NCBI GenBank assembly: GCA_032718475.1 | Contig: JAUCBJ010008040.1 | Location: forward strand, 1 to 59,487 | From: Nemertoderma westbladi | Lineage: Eukaryota; Animalia; Xenacoelomorpha | Direction: 5' to 3' | DNA: 59,487 nt | In this document: positions 23,101 through 34,000 of the stretch, piece by piece | How positions within the stretch are numbered: the stretch's first letter is position 1 | How the letters are laid out: each line of letters starts with the position of its first letter | The notes under the pieces: generated by a model | Seen by the model: only the letters and a program-made list of their open reading frames with translations | Databases searched by the model: none | What the model was told of the DNA's origin: nothing | Made by a program: the position numbers and the translations under genes

Positions 23101-24233
23101 AATTTTTTCACTACTTCTATCAAAATACAATAAATTTATTAAATAATTTGGATTATTTTTTTCAAACTTTAGAATATTTAGTTTCCATGATAGGGTAGAG
23201 TCTAATTCGCTTAAATTAAAAAACCCTAAATACTGATTATAAGAACTTTGGTGTGAAACATGGCGCAGTGTGTGATCATCCGATATATGTTTTGAAAATT
23301 TTGCTGTCAGGACCGCCCACTTAAAACATTCACCTTCATTACACGGTACATTTATTACACAATGTTTATTTTTTAATTTCGTTGGGATTGATTGGTTGGC
23401 ATCGCCGCTATGTCCAAACCCCACGCATATGCCGATCGCAAGTATGACGCAATAGTAAGTTTGATGCGCGATAGAGTTACAAGTTTCCAGCCGCTACCCC
23501 GCCTAATAAATTGTGATATTTTTTCACCGATATGGGAAATGACTGCGTAGTACCATTCGTCAAAATCTGGGCTATTTTCAATATAATTATCTGTACCGAT
23601 CGAAGTAAAATGGAATTCTTCTTGTAGAGTATAATTAGCATCGTCGCGTTCCATTATCACCGAAGCAATTAACCACACTTTATAAAACATATCAATAAAA
23701 GCCGATGCCGTCGTGTTAAAAGCACGTGAAGCATATAACCCCATATAATTTAAATAATTCGGCACATCTGGATACATCTCATTAGATGACACATTATGGG
23801 TATATTCCTGAACGCGGGATTTGTGGCATGTTGTTGAGAGATGAAAACCTTCGTTGGATGTATCTGAGCTGTTTGTGATGCTTACAGGCAAACCAACGTT
23901 GAGATCCGGTTGAAATGTCGGTTCTGATTGTTTTTGGTTATGTTTGCGTTTGCGGGAATTGTAGTGGTTTTGATGGCAACTATGTTCGATATATGAATCT
24001 AAGTTTTCAAAATCATCAGAGCATGTCGGGCAGGATAGCGTGTAACCGCAGTAGGTGTAATTCGGACGAGACAACCCACAACATCTATTACTGTGAAATA
24101 TTGCTATTCTTTCAGAAGTAGTTCGGCAATTACAATTATCGCAAACATACCCATCGAAATGTGTGCGTAAATGCCGTAAATAATTTTTCTTAAGTATAGT
24201 ACAACCGCAAAAAACGCAATTAATCTCCATCAT
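20171..24233 (-). CDS. Protein-primed family B DNA polymerase (pPolB) with N-terminal Zn fingers and HNH/EndoVII insertion; two frameshifts
   Basis: GSGW, ExoI DFE, ExoII HN...YD, FIDS, FPYEY, DVLLLADIFENFR, IRGG, DFNSLY, KGTNNALFGK, GDTDS, PKCY, AKGV; frameshifts near 23420 and 21390. Confidence 0.96.
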
Positions 24234-24526
24234 TATAATTATTATTATTACGATTATAATATATTTATTAACGTAGGTACAGAAAACATATTTACAATAT
24301 GCCGATGAACGAGATGCGGCAGATTTTATGTAGATAAATATATCCAATACCCAGTCAACCAGCCACCCACACTAGAAAGCGTTTAACCAACCAAAATTTA
24401 CTGAACTGACATTATCCTATTTATATGCTCTATTAACTATGTTGTATAATCGCGTGTAAGAGTATTGAAATAGTATTGACATGTGTCACCACCCGAGTTT
24501 GGTGTTATGCGTTTAATGTCACATAT

Positions 24527-24778
24527 TTAATATGCGCGGTAAAATGACGAATTAATCTCTTCCCCATACGGCGTTAAATTCGTCGGTAAAACCCCAAAAT
24601 AATCATCCGAATAAATATTAGAAACGTAGAGTATTGCCGCATTACATTGTTGGCATATAAGCTGGCATATTTTATCACCGGATGTTACAACGTATTCCTT
24701 AGATGTGTTGTTAATCAATATAATTACAAGTTGATCTATATTACCGCGCGCGACGCTGGAATCGACTGCATATTCTTT
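24527..24778 (-). pseudogene. dUTPase-like C-terminal fragment
   Basis: AVDSSVARGN...VIILINNTSKEYVVTSGDKICQLIC resembles dUTPase motifs 3-4 (VIDxDYRG...GDRIAQLI); N-terminal motifs not seen. Confidence 0.5.
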
Positions 24779-25390
24779 TTAACAAAAACATTCGTTAACA
24801 AAAACGGGATATATTTGTCCCACAACTTCGACACCAAGGTTATTTTCATCCCTCGAAACAACGCAAATGTCGAGATAATTAAGCAATTACAGAAGTACGC
24901 GGACCACGATATTCCGTCTGGGTGTGAGTTTCTACCGATTAAAAAGTTAGTTGTTGAGGCTGCGATTGATGAATTAACGGACGAGGAACTAATGAAAGTG
25001 GAAATGCCGAACAATGCTACTCAGCTGAAGACGTCCGAAGCAGTAAAAGTCGCTACTAAGAAAATGGATGAGAAAAAAATCTGGTTGCCCGCGATTGCAG
25101 AAAATGAACAGGTAGACAGCACTGAAAAAAAGAATGATTATAAGGATATTGATACCCTCGTTGGGGGTGTGAGCGCTCAGATGAAGATGAAAACACCTAA
25201 AGCCATGAAAGAACAAGCGCTTAAGCGAAAAATTGATCTCATCGTGAATAAAATACCTAGCTATGAGTATGAAGATATCAGCGACTTTGAAGAGGACATC
25301 GTCAATGATACGGATGATGGTGAAGACATTTTCAATGAAATCGAGACTAATGGGCAACCTCAAATAAAGAAGAATAAACATTCAGTGTGA
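24647..25390 (+). CDS. Polinton hypothetical protein with acidic C-terminus
   Basis: 247 open codons; start uncertain (first ATG at 24992). Confidence 0.55.
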   Translation: MLAYKLAYFITGCYNVFLRCVVNQYNYKLIYITARDAGIDCIFFLTKTFVNKNGIYLSHNFDTKVIFIPRNNANVEIIKQLQKYADHDIPSGCEFLPIKKLVVEAAIDELTDEELMKVEMPNNATQLKTSEAVKVATKKMDEKKIWLPAIAENEQVDSTEKKNDYKDIDTLVGGVSAQMKMKTPKAMKEQALKRKIDLIVNKIPSYEYEDISDFEEDIVNDTDDGEDIFNEIETNGQPQIKKNKHSV

Positions 25391-25621
25391 ATCTTCGAGC
25401 GGTAGAAACTTTATTATATAAATAGACCATGTTCGTAGGCGGTGTCGCCGCAACGAGCCGGGCACGGTTAAATCATTATTATTATTTTGTGGTGGTAAAT
25501 TATTTGTTGGTATAATGAATTATCGATTGAAATAAATATTATATAAATTTATTTATAGTATTATACATTATTATACACATATTTATATATTTATTACTTT
25601 ATTTATTTATTATACGCGGAT

Positions 25622-26068
25622 ATGTTGGGGGAAAATGAACTTGTGGTGGATGAAGTAGATATGGATGTGGAGGAAGAGGTGGAAGAGGAGGAAGATGTGG
25701 ATGTGGCGGCCGAAATAGCGAAGGAGAATGAAGCAATATTGGTGGCTATGTATGCGAGGGAGAAAGAAGAAGCGCGGTTGGAGAGGTTGTTAAATCCGAG
25801 AAACAAGTGGGAGGAGATAGAGAAGAACCATTATTTGGAGGAAGAGGCGAGAAAGAACAGCGCGTGGGGTGAAGATTGGGAGTTGGAGATGGAGGCTGAG
25901 GGGGTTAGGAGAGCGAGGGAAGCTGAGAGGTGTGCGCGGGAGAAGGTGATGAAAGAAAGGATTGAGATGTTAGAAGGAATGATGGAGGTGTTGGGTGATG
26001 GTGGTGGTGGTGGTGATGGTAATAATGCGGTGGATGTAGATAGCGAGGATAGTGGGATAAATGGGTGA
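25622..26068 (+). CDS. Highly acidic/charged helical hypothetical protein, 148 aa
   Basis: ATG-initiated purine-rich ORF flanked by AT-rich DNA; TATATAAATA at 25415-25424 upstream. Confidence 0.6.
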   Translation: MLGENELVVDEVDMDVEEEVEEEEDVDVAAEIAKENEAILVAMYAREKEEARLERLLNPRNKWEEIEKNHYLEEEARKNSAWGEDWELEMEAEGVRRAREAERCAREKVMKERIEMLEGMMEVLGDGGGGGDGNNAVDVDSEDSGING

Positions 26069-26144
26069 GGTGGTGGAAGAAATTTTAAAATAGTAATGGT
26101 GATGGATTTAAGTATAATAATCAAATTTGTTGGTATAATGATAA

Positions 26145-26902
26145 TATTATAAATACAATAACCTTACTTCGCCGTAGCTCGCCCCACAACTCATTAATGG
26201 CGCCCATATGCTAAGGCTTCACTCGCTTCATGGCTCGCCCCATTTTTTCAATGTTGGAAAGGAATGAAGGGGATGTCGGGTGATGGTGGTAGCGGTAATG
26301 ATGTTGTGGATGAGGAAGAACTCACTTCATGGCTCGCCCCCATAGGTAGAATAATCAAATTAAAATAATATTATAAATACCTTATTCTCACTTCGCGGCT
26401 CGCCCCCACAACTTATTGCTTGACAATATTGGTAGCCGCCGTTAGTCTGTGTTTATTCACCTTTTTTTAGTCGTTGCGTCTGTAATAGTCTATCATGTTA
26501 AAGACTTTATTAAATAAATTGGAGATGAGCTGTTGCAACTGTAATTAAAGGTGTAATTTATAACAAACGTCTGCAACCCACTTACTATATTGGGTTTTAC
26601 CTATTGCGGTTCAAGGTCAAACGCCGACCGGTAGACACGAATTAATTAAATTACTTCCGTCTGTGGACTGGCCTTATACCGCATATGTCACATATACACA
26701 GTGGTGACATATGTTACATATGCACAATGGTAACCATAGTAACCATGGCGGGGCAAGAATGGTAACCATGGTAACCATAGTAAGTGGGTGGGGCAACAAT
26801 AGTAATTATAGTAAGTAGGCGGGGCAAGAGCCGTTCGGCAAATTCTTTAACATGGTAGACTATGGCAGACACTGTCTTAATCCCGGTGTTTAGCATACTA
26901 CT
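26145..26902 (-). repeat. Polinton right terminal inverted repeat
   Basis: Reverse complement of the left end, with indels and scattered mismatches; inner boundary approximate. Confidence 0.9.
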
Positions 26903-28619
26903 ATTGGGTAAAGGGTTGAATGAATGGGTTGGTTTTACTGTTATGCAACCATAGAAAAAAATAGTTCTCAGTTCATTCCAATTCATATAAGTTTGTGTTC
27001 AATATAAACAATTGTAAGTACAAAAATAAGCAAAGTCTATGATCTCTGGCTCTGGTCACCGGTATTTTCCAAAATAATAATAGGAAGCTAAATAATAGAA
27101 GCTAATAATAGAACACACCTTAGAAATATGCTGCTTTTTTTTATAAAAATGATAGGTTTTGCTGATAAATTGAAAGTTATCAATTGCAATGGTGATATCA
27201 CCATTCCAAGGAATAGGGTGCAGCTCTGAGGACTCTTTTCACACCTTTATAATAGTGTTATATGAAACTGCAGACGATGTTAAAGATACACTATAAACTC
27301 AACACTATATGAAACAAGGTTTTCCTGGGTACACATCTTAACAACAAACTTTTTATCGCTACAACCAGCAATCAACCAGCAACCATTACTTTGTTGGCAA
27401 TATATTTTCTCCAACTGTTCTCAGATGTACCAGCATCTTCTTTCTCAACGTTATATAATCTATACATTAATGTTTTAAAGATACCATCAGGATGTTCATG
27501 GTCACCAACTAAGAGATCCTTGATGTTCAACAGATGAAGAACTATCCAGCAATGTCTTTATATCAGCCTTCAGAGGTTTAAATTATATGGTTAAGGTTTA
27601 CCAAAGGATCATCAGTGATGGTCGCAGCTTGTTCCATACTCTCAGCACTGACGTGACTGCTGTCGAATGACTGATTGCTCAAATCTTCACTCAAGTTGAT
27701 TTTTCTAAAACAGCGTAAGAAGTTGAAGGCGAAGTGGAGCTGAAGGTGTAGTTGATTGCTCCGTTTCCATTTTATGCTTATAAAAAGCGTGACAGGTATT
27801 GCATTCATATTTAGCATATGGACCTTTAACACCAACTTTCTTCATATATTCTAGTACCAACTTTGATCCTTGTTTTAGATGTGTGTTTAATGTTCGGAAT
27901 CTATCTGAGAATTCAAACTCCCCATCAGCCACTTTCATCTGAATAACATAATGCTCAGCTACTTTACAGCGTCTTTTAAGTTTAATAGAGCCTGAGACGC
28001 ATCACTTCTTCTCGACATAATATCCAAGAATTAAAATACGGTAAAGATCAAAATAAACATCAAGCAAGCAATGGTAAGTCGAGTACAAAGTATTGACTAA
28101 TAGTAATAGGCCTATAAGTTTATTAGTGTATAATTATAATATATCAAAATCAAACAGCTCTTCATACTATCTGACCATGGCCTTGGCCTACACTACACTA
28201 CTGTATACAGACTGCCAGGTACCGGTAATTTACTCCCTAGATTATACAACATTAACACAGTCACACTGAGCATTGCAAAGCAAAACGATAAATGTAAATT
28301 TTTACTTAATTTTTTTAATAGGTCTACAGTAATAGGTCTACTGTAAAGGGATTTACTTTTCACTACTGATTTTTTTCAACAGTGAAACATGAAATACTAT
28401 TTTATAATAATTATAATTTATAGGCCTATTAATTTTAAATTTTTATTCACTGCACTGAATGAAAATATTTCAGATTTCACTGTTTGATGTTCACATCTCA
28501 GAACTGCTCTAGAAAATTAATTATGGCCTGATTTGGCAAGTACAAATAAGTATTGCCCCATGGGGGCAGGTTATTCGGGCGGATTTGTATTTTGTGCGAG
28601 ATAGGTAAATGCTAAAAAG

Positions 28620-28686
28620 TAGAATGAGCTAGAATGACCTAGAATGATCTAGAATGACCTAGAATGACCTAGAATGACCTAGAATA
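28620..28686. repeat. 10-bp tandem repeat (TAGAATGACC)n
   Basis: About 6.5 copies seen directly. Confidence 0.9.
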
Positions 28687-29359
28687 ATTTGGCCAAACAA
28701 CTTGAATTGATTGAATGAGAATTAACAATTAGACAGCCAAATAATTATAGGCGCAATTCTCTAAGGGACTAGAGACATTCTCTATAGGACTAGAGACTAG
28801 ATGTGAAGGCCCACCACCGGACAGGTTGTATTGTTCTGGAGGAACTATAACCACTAGACCGGCCCCGCGATACATGCGTAGCGCATGATCTAGACTAATC
28901 CCGAATTGGGATTCTATAGATAGCCTTTTTGAGTTATCTGGAGCCTTTTTGAGTTATTTTGAGAACTAAGCCAAAACGAATAATAAGATATGCTATGGAG
29001 CTACAGCCGAAACCGCTAATGCTACGAACTTGGGACTTGCGCCAATCGGTAGGCAATATATGGTTTCTATTCTAATGAAAAATTTTGGACCTGCCCGATC
29101 ATGATCTTGGCCGTGATCAGTAAAGATCCTGCCGTGATCCTGCCTCCTTCGTATCCCCATACTCCCACGAGTCCCAAACCCCATACTACCAACACCCATA
29201 CTACCAACCATCATCCCGTACAAGCAATAATTAAGCCTAGGCCTATCAAACGCAATAAAAAAACGAAATATAAAACGGCATCAAAAAAAATAACCAACTC
29301 TTCAACCAAAAAGATCAATCAACCAAGCTTCCAACCAGTATCCATACCATCCCCATGCT

Positions 29360-29750
29360 ATGGTGCACCATGTTTGTACGTATTAATTGGTACTCACTCA
29401 CTCACCTGTCTCTTTGGATGTTACGTACTCATTTAATTGGTATTAATTGGTAACTTATATTGCGAAGCACCATGTTTGTACGTATTAATTACACATTACT
29501 TCATATTGGTTCTCACTCACTCACCTGTCTCTTTGGATGTTACGTACTCATTTAATTGGTTTTAATTGGTAACTTATATTGTGGTGCACCATGTTTGTAC
29601 GTATTAATTACACATTACTTCATATTGGTTCTCACTCACTCACCTGTCTCTTTGGATGTTACGTACTCATTTTATTGGTATTAATTGGTAACTTATATTG
29701 CGGTGCACCATGTTTGTACGTATTAATTACACATTACTTCATATTGGTTC
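29360..29750. repeat. About 120-bp tandem repeat, about 3.3 copies
   Basis: GCACCATGTTTGTACGTATTAATT recurs near 29365, 29467, 29586 and 29705. Confidence 0.9.
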
Positions 29751-29837
29751 ACGGTTTGTAAATATTTTAACAATTCTGAATTTCGGTTAATTTAATATTG
29801 AAAGGAAGCAATGAGTTCTTTGTCTTTCTGATAAAAC

Positions 29838-30342
29838 CCCCGAACAGTAGCCCCCCCCCCCCCCCCCCGGACTATAGCTCCCCGGAATGTAGCCCCCCGG
29901 ACAGTAGCCCCCGGATTGTAGTCCCTGGAATGTAGCCCCCCAGACTGTAGCCCCCCGGACTGTAGCCCCCCGGATTGTAGCCCCCCGGACTGTAGCCCCC
30001 CGGACAGTAGCCCCCTGGATTGTAGCCCCCCGGACTGTAGCCCCCGGACGGTAGACCCCCGGACTGTAGCTCCCCGGACTGTAGCTCCCCGGACTGTAGC
30101 CCCCCGGACAGTAGCCTCCCGGACTGTAGCCCCCTGGAATGTAGCCCCAGGACTGTAGCCCCCCAGACTGTAGCCCCCCAGACTGTAGCCCCCCGGACAG
30201 TAGCCCCCCCCCCCCCCAAACAGTAGCCCCCTGAACAGTAGACCCCCGAACAGTAGCCCCCCGGACTGTTGCCCCCCAGACTGTAGCCCCCGGACAGTAG
30301 ACCCCCAAACAGTAGCCCCCCGGATAGTACCCCCCCCCCCCC
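29838..30342. repeat. GC-rich 15-16-bp minisatellite (CCCGGACTGTAGCCC)n
   Basis: About 30 variant copies, bounded by poly-C runs. Confidence 0.95.
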
Positions 30343-31036
30343 AAGCTTTTTAATCTTTAATTTTTGTGTTTTTAAGAGTTTTTAGATATTGGTAAATGTT
30401 CAAGAACCTTAGTAGATATTTTTTAAGGTAAAGGTAGTTTTTTTGAAAATTATTTTGGCCATTAATACATTCTGCAACAGTTTAAACCTGAAATATACAG
30501 TTTTTCACATTATTTTTATGATTTCAAAAAATAGTAGCAAGCAAAAAAACACTAGCTATCATACAAAAACATATCTACTAATGTGTAATGTACCAACCCC
30601 TTCTTGTCACAAACTGCAACGATATTCAAAACTCCTCCCTTGTCACAGACTGTAATGATTTTAACCTAGCCCCCCCCCCTTCCCCTTGTCACAAACTGTA
30701 ACGATATTTAAAACTCCCCCCTTGTCACAGACTGTTATTATTTTAAACTAGCCCCCCCCCCCCCCCTCCCTTTCTTGTCATGGTAATGATATTTGATATT
30801 TATTCAACACCCACATTGTCACATTTATGTAGGCACTAGACAATGTAGATTGCTAAAGACCATATCACCCCCCCCCCCCCCCCCCCCACCCCTCACCCCC
30901 ACACAGCAGACACCCTATCCCTTATAAAGTCAAAAAACAATATTACATATTGTAATTGTAATTGTACAATATATAACATACAAACCCCCAGAACAACACT
31001 TAATTCTGGAAGCCTTGCAAGGAGCTACGTATATGG

Positions 31037-34000
31037 ATGTGTACGACTGCTACAAGCTTCACCAAAGAATTTTCAATAAGGGAATGGAAGAGAACGAAAG
31101 AGATCGGTTTTCTTTCAAAGATATATGTCGTGACGAAATGCCAATCATGCAACCCTGCAATGATATTGGCAGAAGATCATTGCGCATTTACTGGTCTTAT
31201 GTATGCGGCCTTAGATTATCATATGCAGTCATTTTCAGTGATGCATTGCCGTGTGATGCATACTATCCTCCAGGCTGTAGAAATTAAGAATGACGCCCAA
31301 AAGGCTCTTCTTAAATATCTTAAGTATGGTGTATATGCTGCTCACTGCACAGCAAAGCAACGATCAATGTATGCCAATCATATCCTTGAAAGATTGGAGG
31401 AGGATTTTGATTTTGATCTACATTGTGAAACTGTTGACAGCCAAGTAGCACTAATGCTGGAAGAACTTATTCCAGGTTGTTATGAGGTTAATAGGATTGA
31501 TGATATCATTGATGATGACATTTATGTCCTTAGCAGACCACGTAATACTGGCAGAGGGGAGCCATTCCCTTTGGAGATAGGTGACCATTACCTGCATTCA
31601 GCCTTGACTATAAGAGATAATAAGTTATCCGGGATTTTTCGCTGGAGTGATGATCACTCATTCCAGCATTACCTCTGTGAGGAAAATAAACTGACACCAC
31701 CTATGGTAGATGATCCCGAGCATGCAATTAAGAAGGCGCAACTTTACATCTATGTAAAGAAGGGTTGTTATAACCTAACTGAGATGCAGCGAGATAAATT
31801 TATTGCAAATTTTGCTGATCTTGTAAAGTAAGGTTATATGTTCCCAGCATAATACTTTACTCCGTAGAGAAAACTTTAAGGAGGATAATGGTATATGCGT
31901 TAAGTCGCACTCTGGCACTAATGTTAGTAAGAACATACGCTGGCGTTGCCCTTATGGGTTTCCTCAGTATCAGTGTGAGGTTGGATTGTGTCTTAGTCAC
32001 TGGAGAAACGAGATTGTTAAACCAGAAGCTGTGATACTTATCAATCCTTGTAATGAACATGTTCTTAATCGACATTCGAGTGATCTACCAACAGGTGGTG
32101 ATCGGGAAGGTGACACTGCCTCATCTGATGATGAGGAAGTGGAAGATCCTCTAGATAGGGCAAGCAGAATTTTTGGTGGTGATTTTCAAGCTGATGATGC
32201 TGCTAACCCTATGGAAGACTATGTGGTAGGGATCAATGATGGTGATTACGATGACGATGAATATCCATTAGTAGGATTGGCCACTGGTGCCACTGTTCCT
32301 ATTTATGATATTGGTAGGGTATCTGCCCATTGTCTGCTTAACAATCAGAATGGCCTCCAGATACTTAAACGTAGTTGTGGTTACGGGGGTAAAGGTTCAG
32401 CACATGTTAATAAGGTGCTGTACCATATTGCCTCACATACACGTGGCATCCATTTGCCTCTTATGTACATTGAAGGACTCCTATTTCCAAGGAATTTCTG
32501 GTACATGAAGGCTAATGGAAGTGTTGTTGGTGCCATTCCATCATTCTTGTATGGTCTACCATTCAATAGTCCTAAATATGGTATAGCATCTCTACGGGAA
32601 CATATGCATATCAGGACATTTCATGAGAGGCTGTTTTCTTCCAAGGATCCAGCCTATCTTCATTTCATGTTTGATGTATATATGAACTCGGTTTTGAACT
32701 ATAACTCTTCTCAGCTTGTTCTCCGTAAGGGATTTGAACAAGTCTGTGAGGGAGAGGAGAGGCTTCAATCTGGTGCTTCAGATACCATATTACGTTTCGA
32801 TGAAATTGAATCACGGCGTCATGTGAGGGAGTTGTGTGCACTATTGCGGTATGGTTACTGGAATTATTTTTTCACAGCCACCTGTAATAACGCATATACT
32901 CCAGGAGTTTCGCCAGTGTATAATGCAGTTCTGAAGCTCTATGAGCATCTGGAAGGCAGAAAGCTGGCTTTAGCTATGGAGAAATATACAACCTTACTCA
33001 CACGCTGTTGGAATCGTTTCACGGATCACCTTCACCATTGGATTGAACGAGGTGTCTATAAACCATTTGGTGATGTGAAGTATTTATGGACTAGAATGGA
33101 GGCTCAAGACCAGGGATCCCCTGTAGCAAATATGCTACATATCCATGGAATAACCCTCCACCCAGAGTCTATAGAGGAAACCACAGGGAGAATATGCTGC
33201 CAAACCATTGACTTGCTATCTCCTATGTTTGGGACAGATCGTCCTGAATTGGTTCAACAAGGAAAGGAATCATTGAGGATGATCAATGATCTGAGCTATG
33301 CTGCCTTGGGCAGCTGCAAACACACAACTGTGAACGTGCTGGCAGGTGTCATAAGCGTATTGATGAGGCTGGAAATACGTTTTGCCGAATGCCTCGTCAC
33401 CTAGCAAGTTTTGACTATGGCTTCACACCGAAGACAGATATGTATAGCGATGAGGCCCTTGATGATTTTGAATCTATAAACCTTCTTCAAAGAAATGAGG
33501 ATGGAACTCTTAGATTAGATGATCAGGGTATTCGATTGGCACATAGTAATCTTATCGGTGGTCGTTATACTTATCCCGCTGGTGGTCATGAGTTTGCTGT
33601 GCCGACAATACCTAAGTATTGGGTTGCTCTGAGATCATCCACCAATGTACAGGCATGTGATACAAGGTTCTGTACCTCGTACTGTGCCAAGTACTTGGGG
33701 GGTGCTGAAGAAAGGAGAGCAGTTAAAATCGATGGCAAAAAGAATATCTCCTCAGTAAAGGTCACCCATACTGAACAAGAAGGGTTAAAGATTTCAGGTG
33801 TTAATTACCTGAAGAAACAGGATGATAAGAAAGATTCCAATAAGAGTGGCATCAAATCTCGGGAGATGGGTTATCCAGAGATTCTTCATAATCTTCTTGG
33901 CTTCCCATACATCAGATCAAATGTGGACTTTGTCCATGTTTCTACTCTGACTCCTGAGTACCGGCATGGCATTGTGAAACAACAAAGCAGAGATGTCAAT

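Larger units (their letters stand above)
4395..26902 (-). mobile_element. Full-length Polinton/Maverick (adintovirus-like endogenous virus), about 22.5 kb including a 4.7-kb nested insertion
   Basis: Starts AGTAGTATGCTAAACACCGGGA (4395), ends TCCCGGTGTTTAGCATACTACT (26902); flanked by identical ATTGGG at 4389-4394 and 26903-26908; contains pPolB, integrase, ATPase, protease, MCP and mCP genes. Confidence 0.97.

Noticed and set aside
26714-26986. 90-aa ORF
   Set aside because: Crosses the Polinton terminus and reads through TIR repeats.
29787-30344. Gly-rich repeat proteins (PGGYS, GATVR)
   Set aside because: Translations of a 15-bp minisatellite; frames switch at poly-C length changes.
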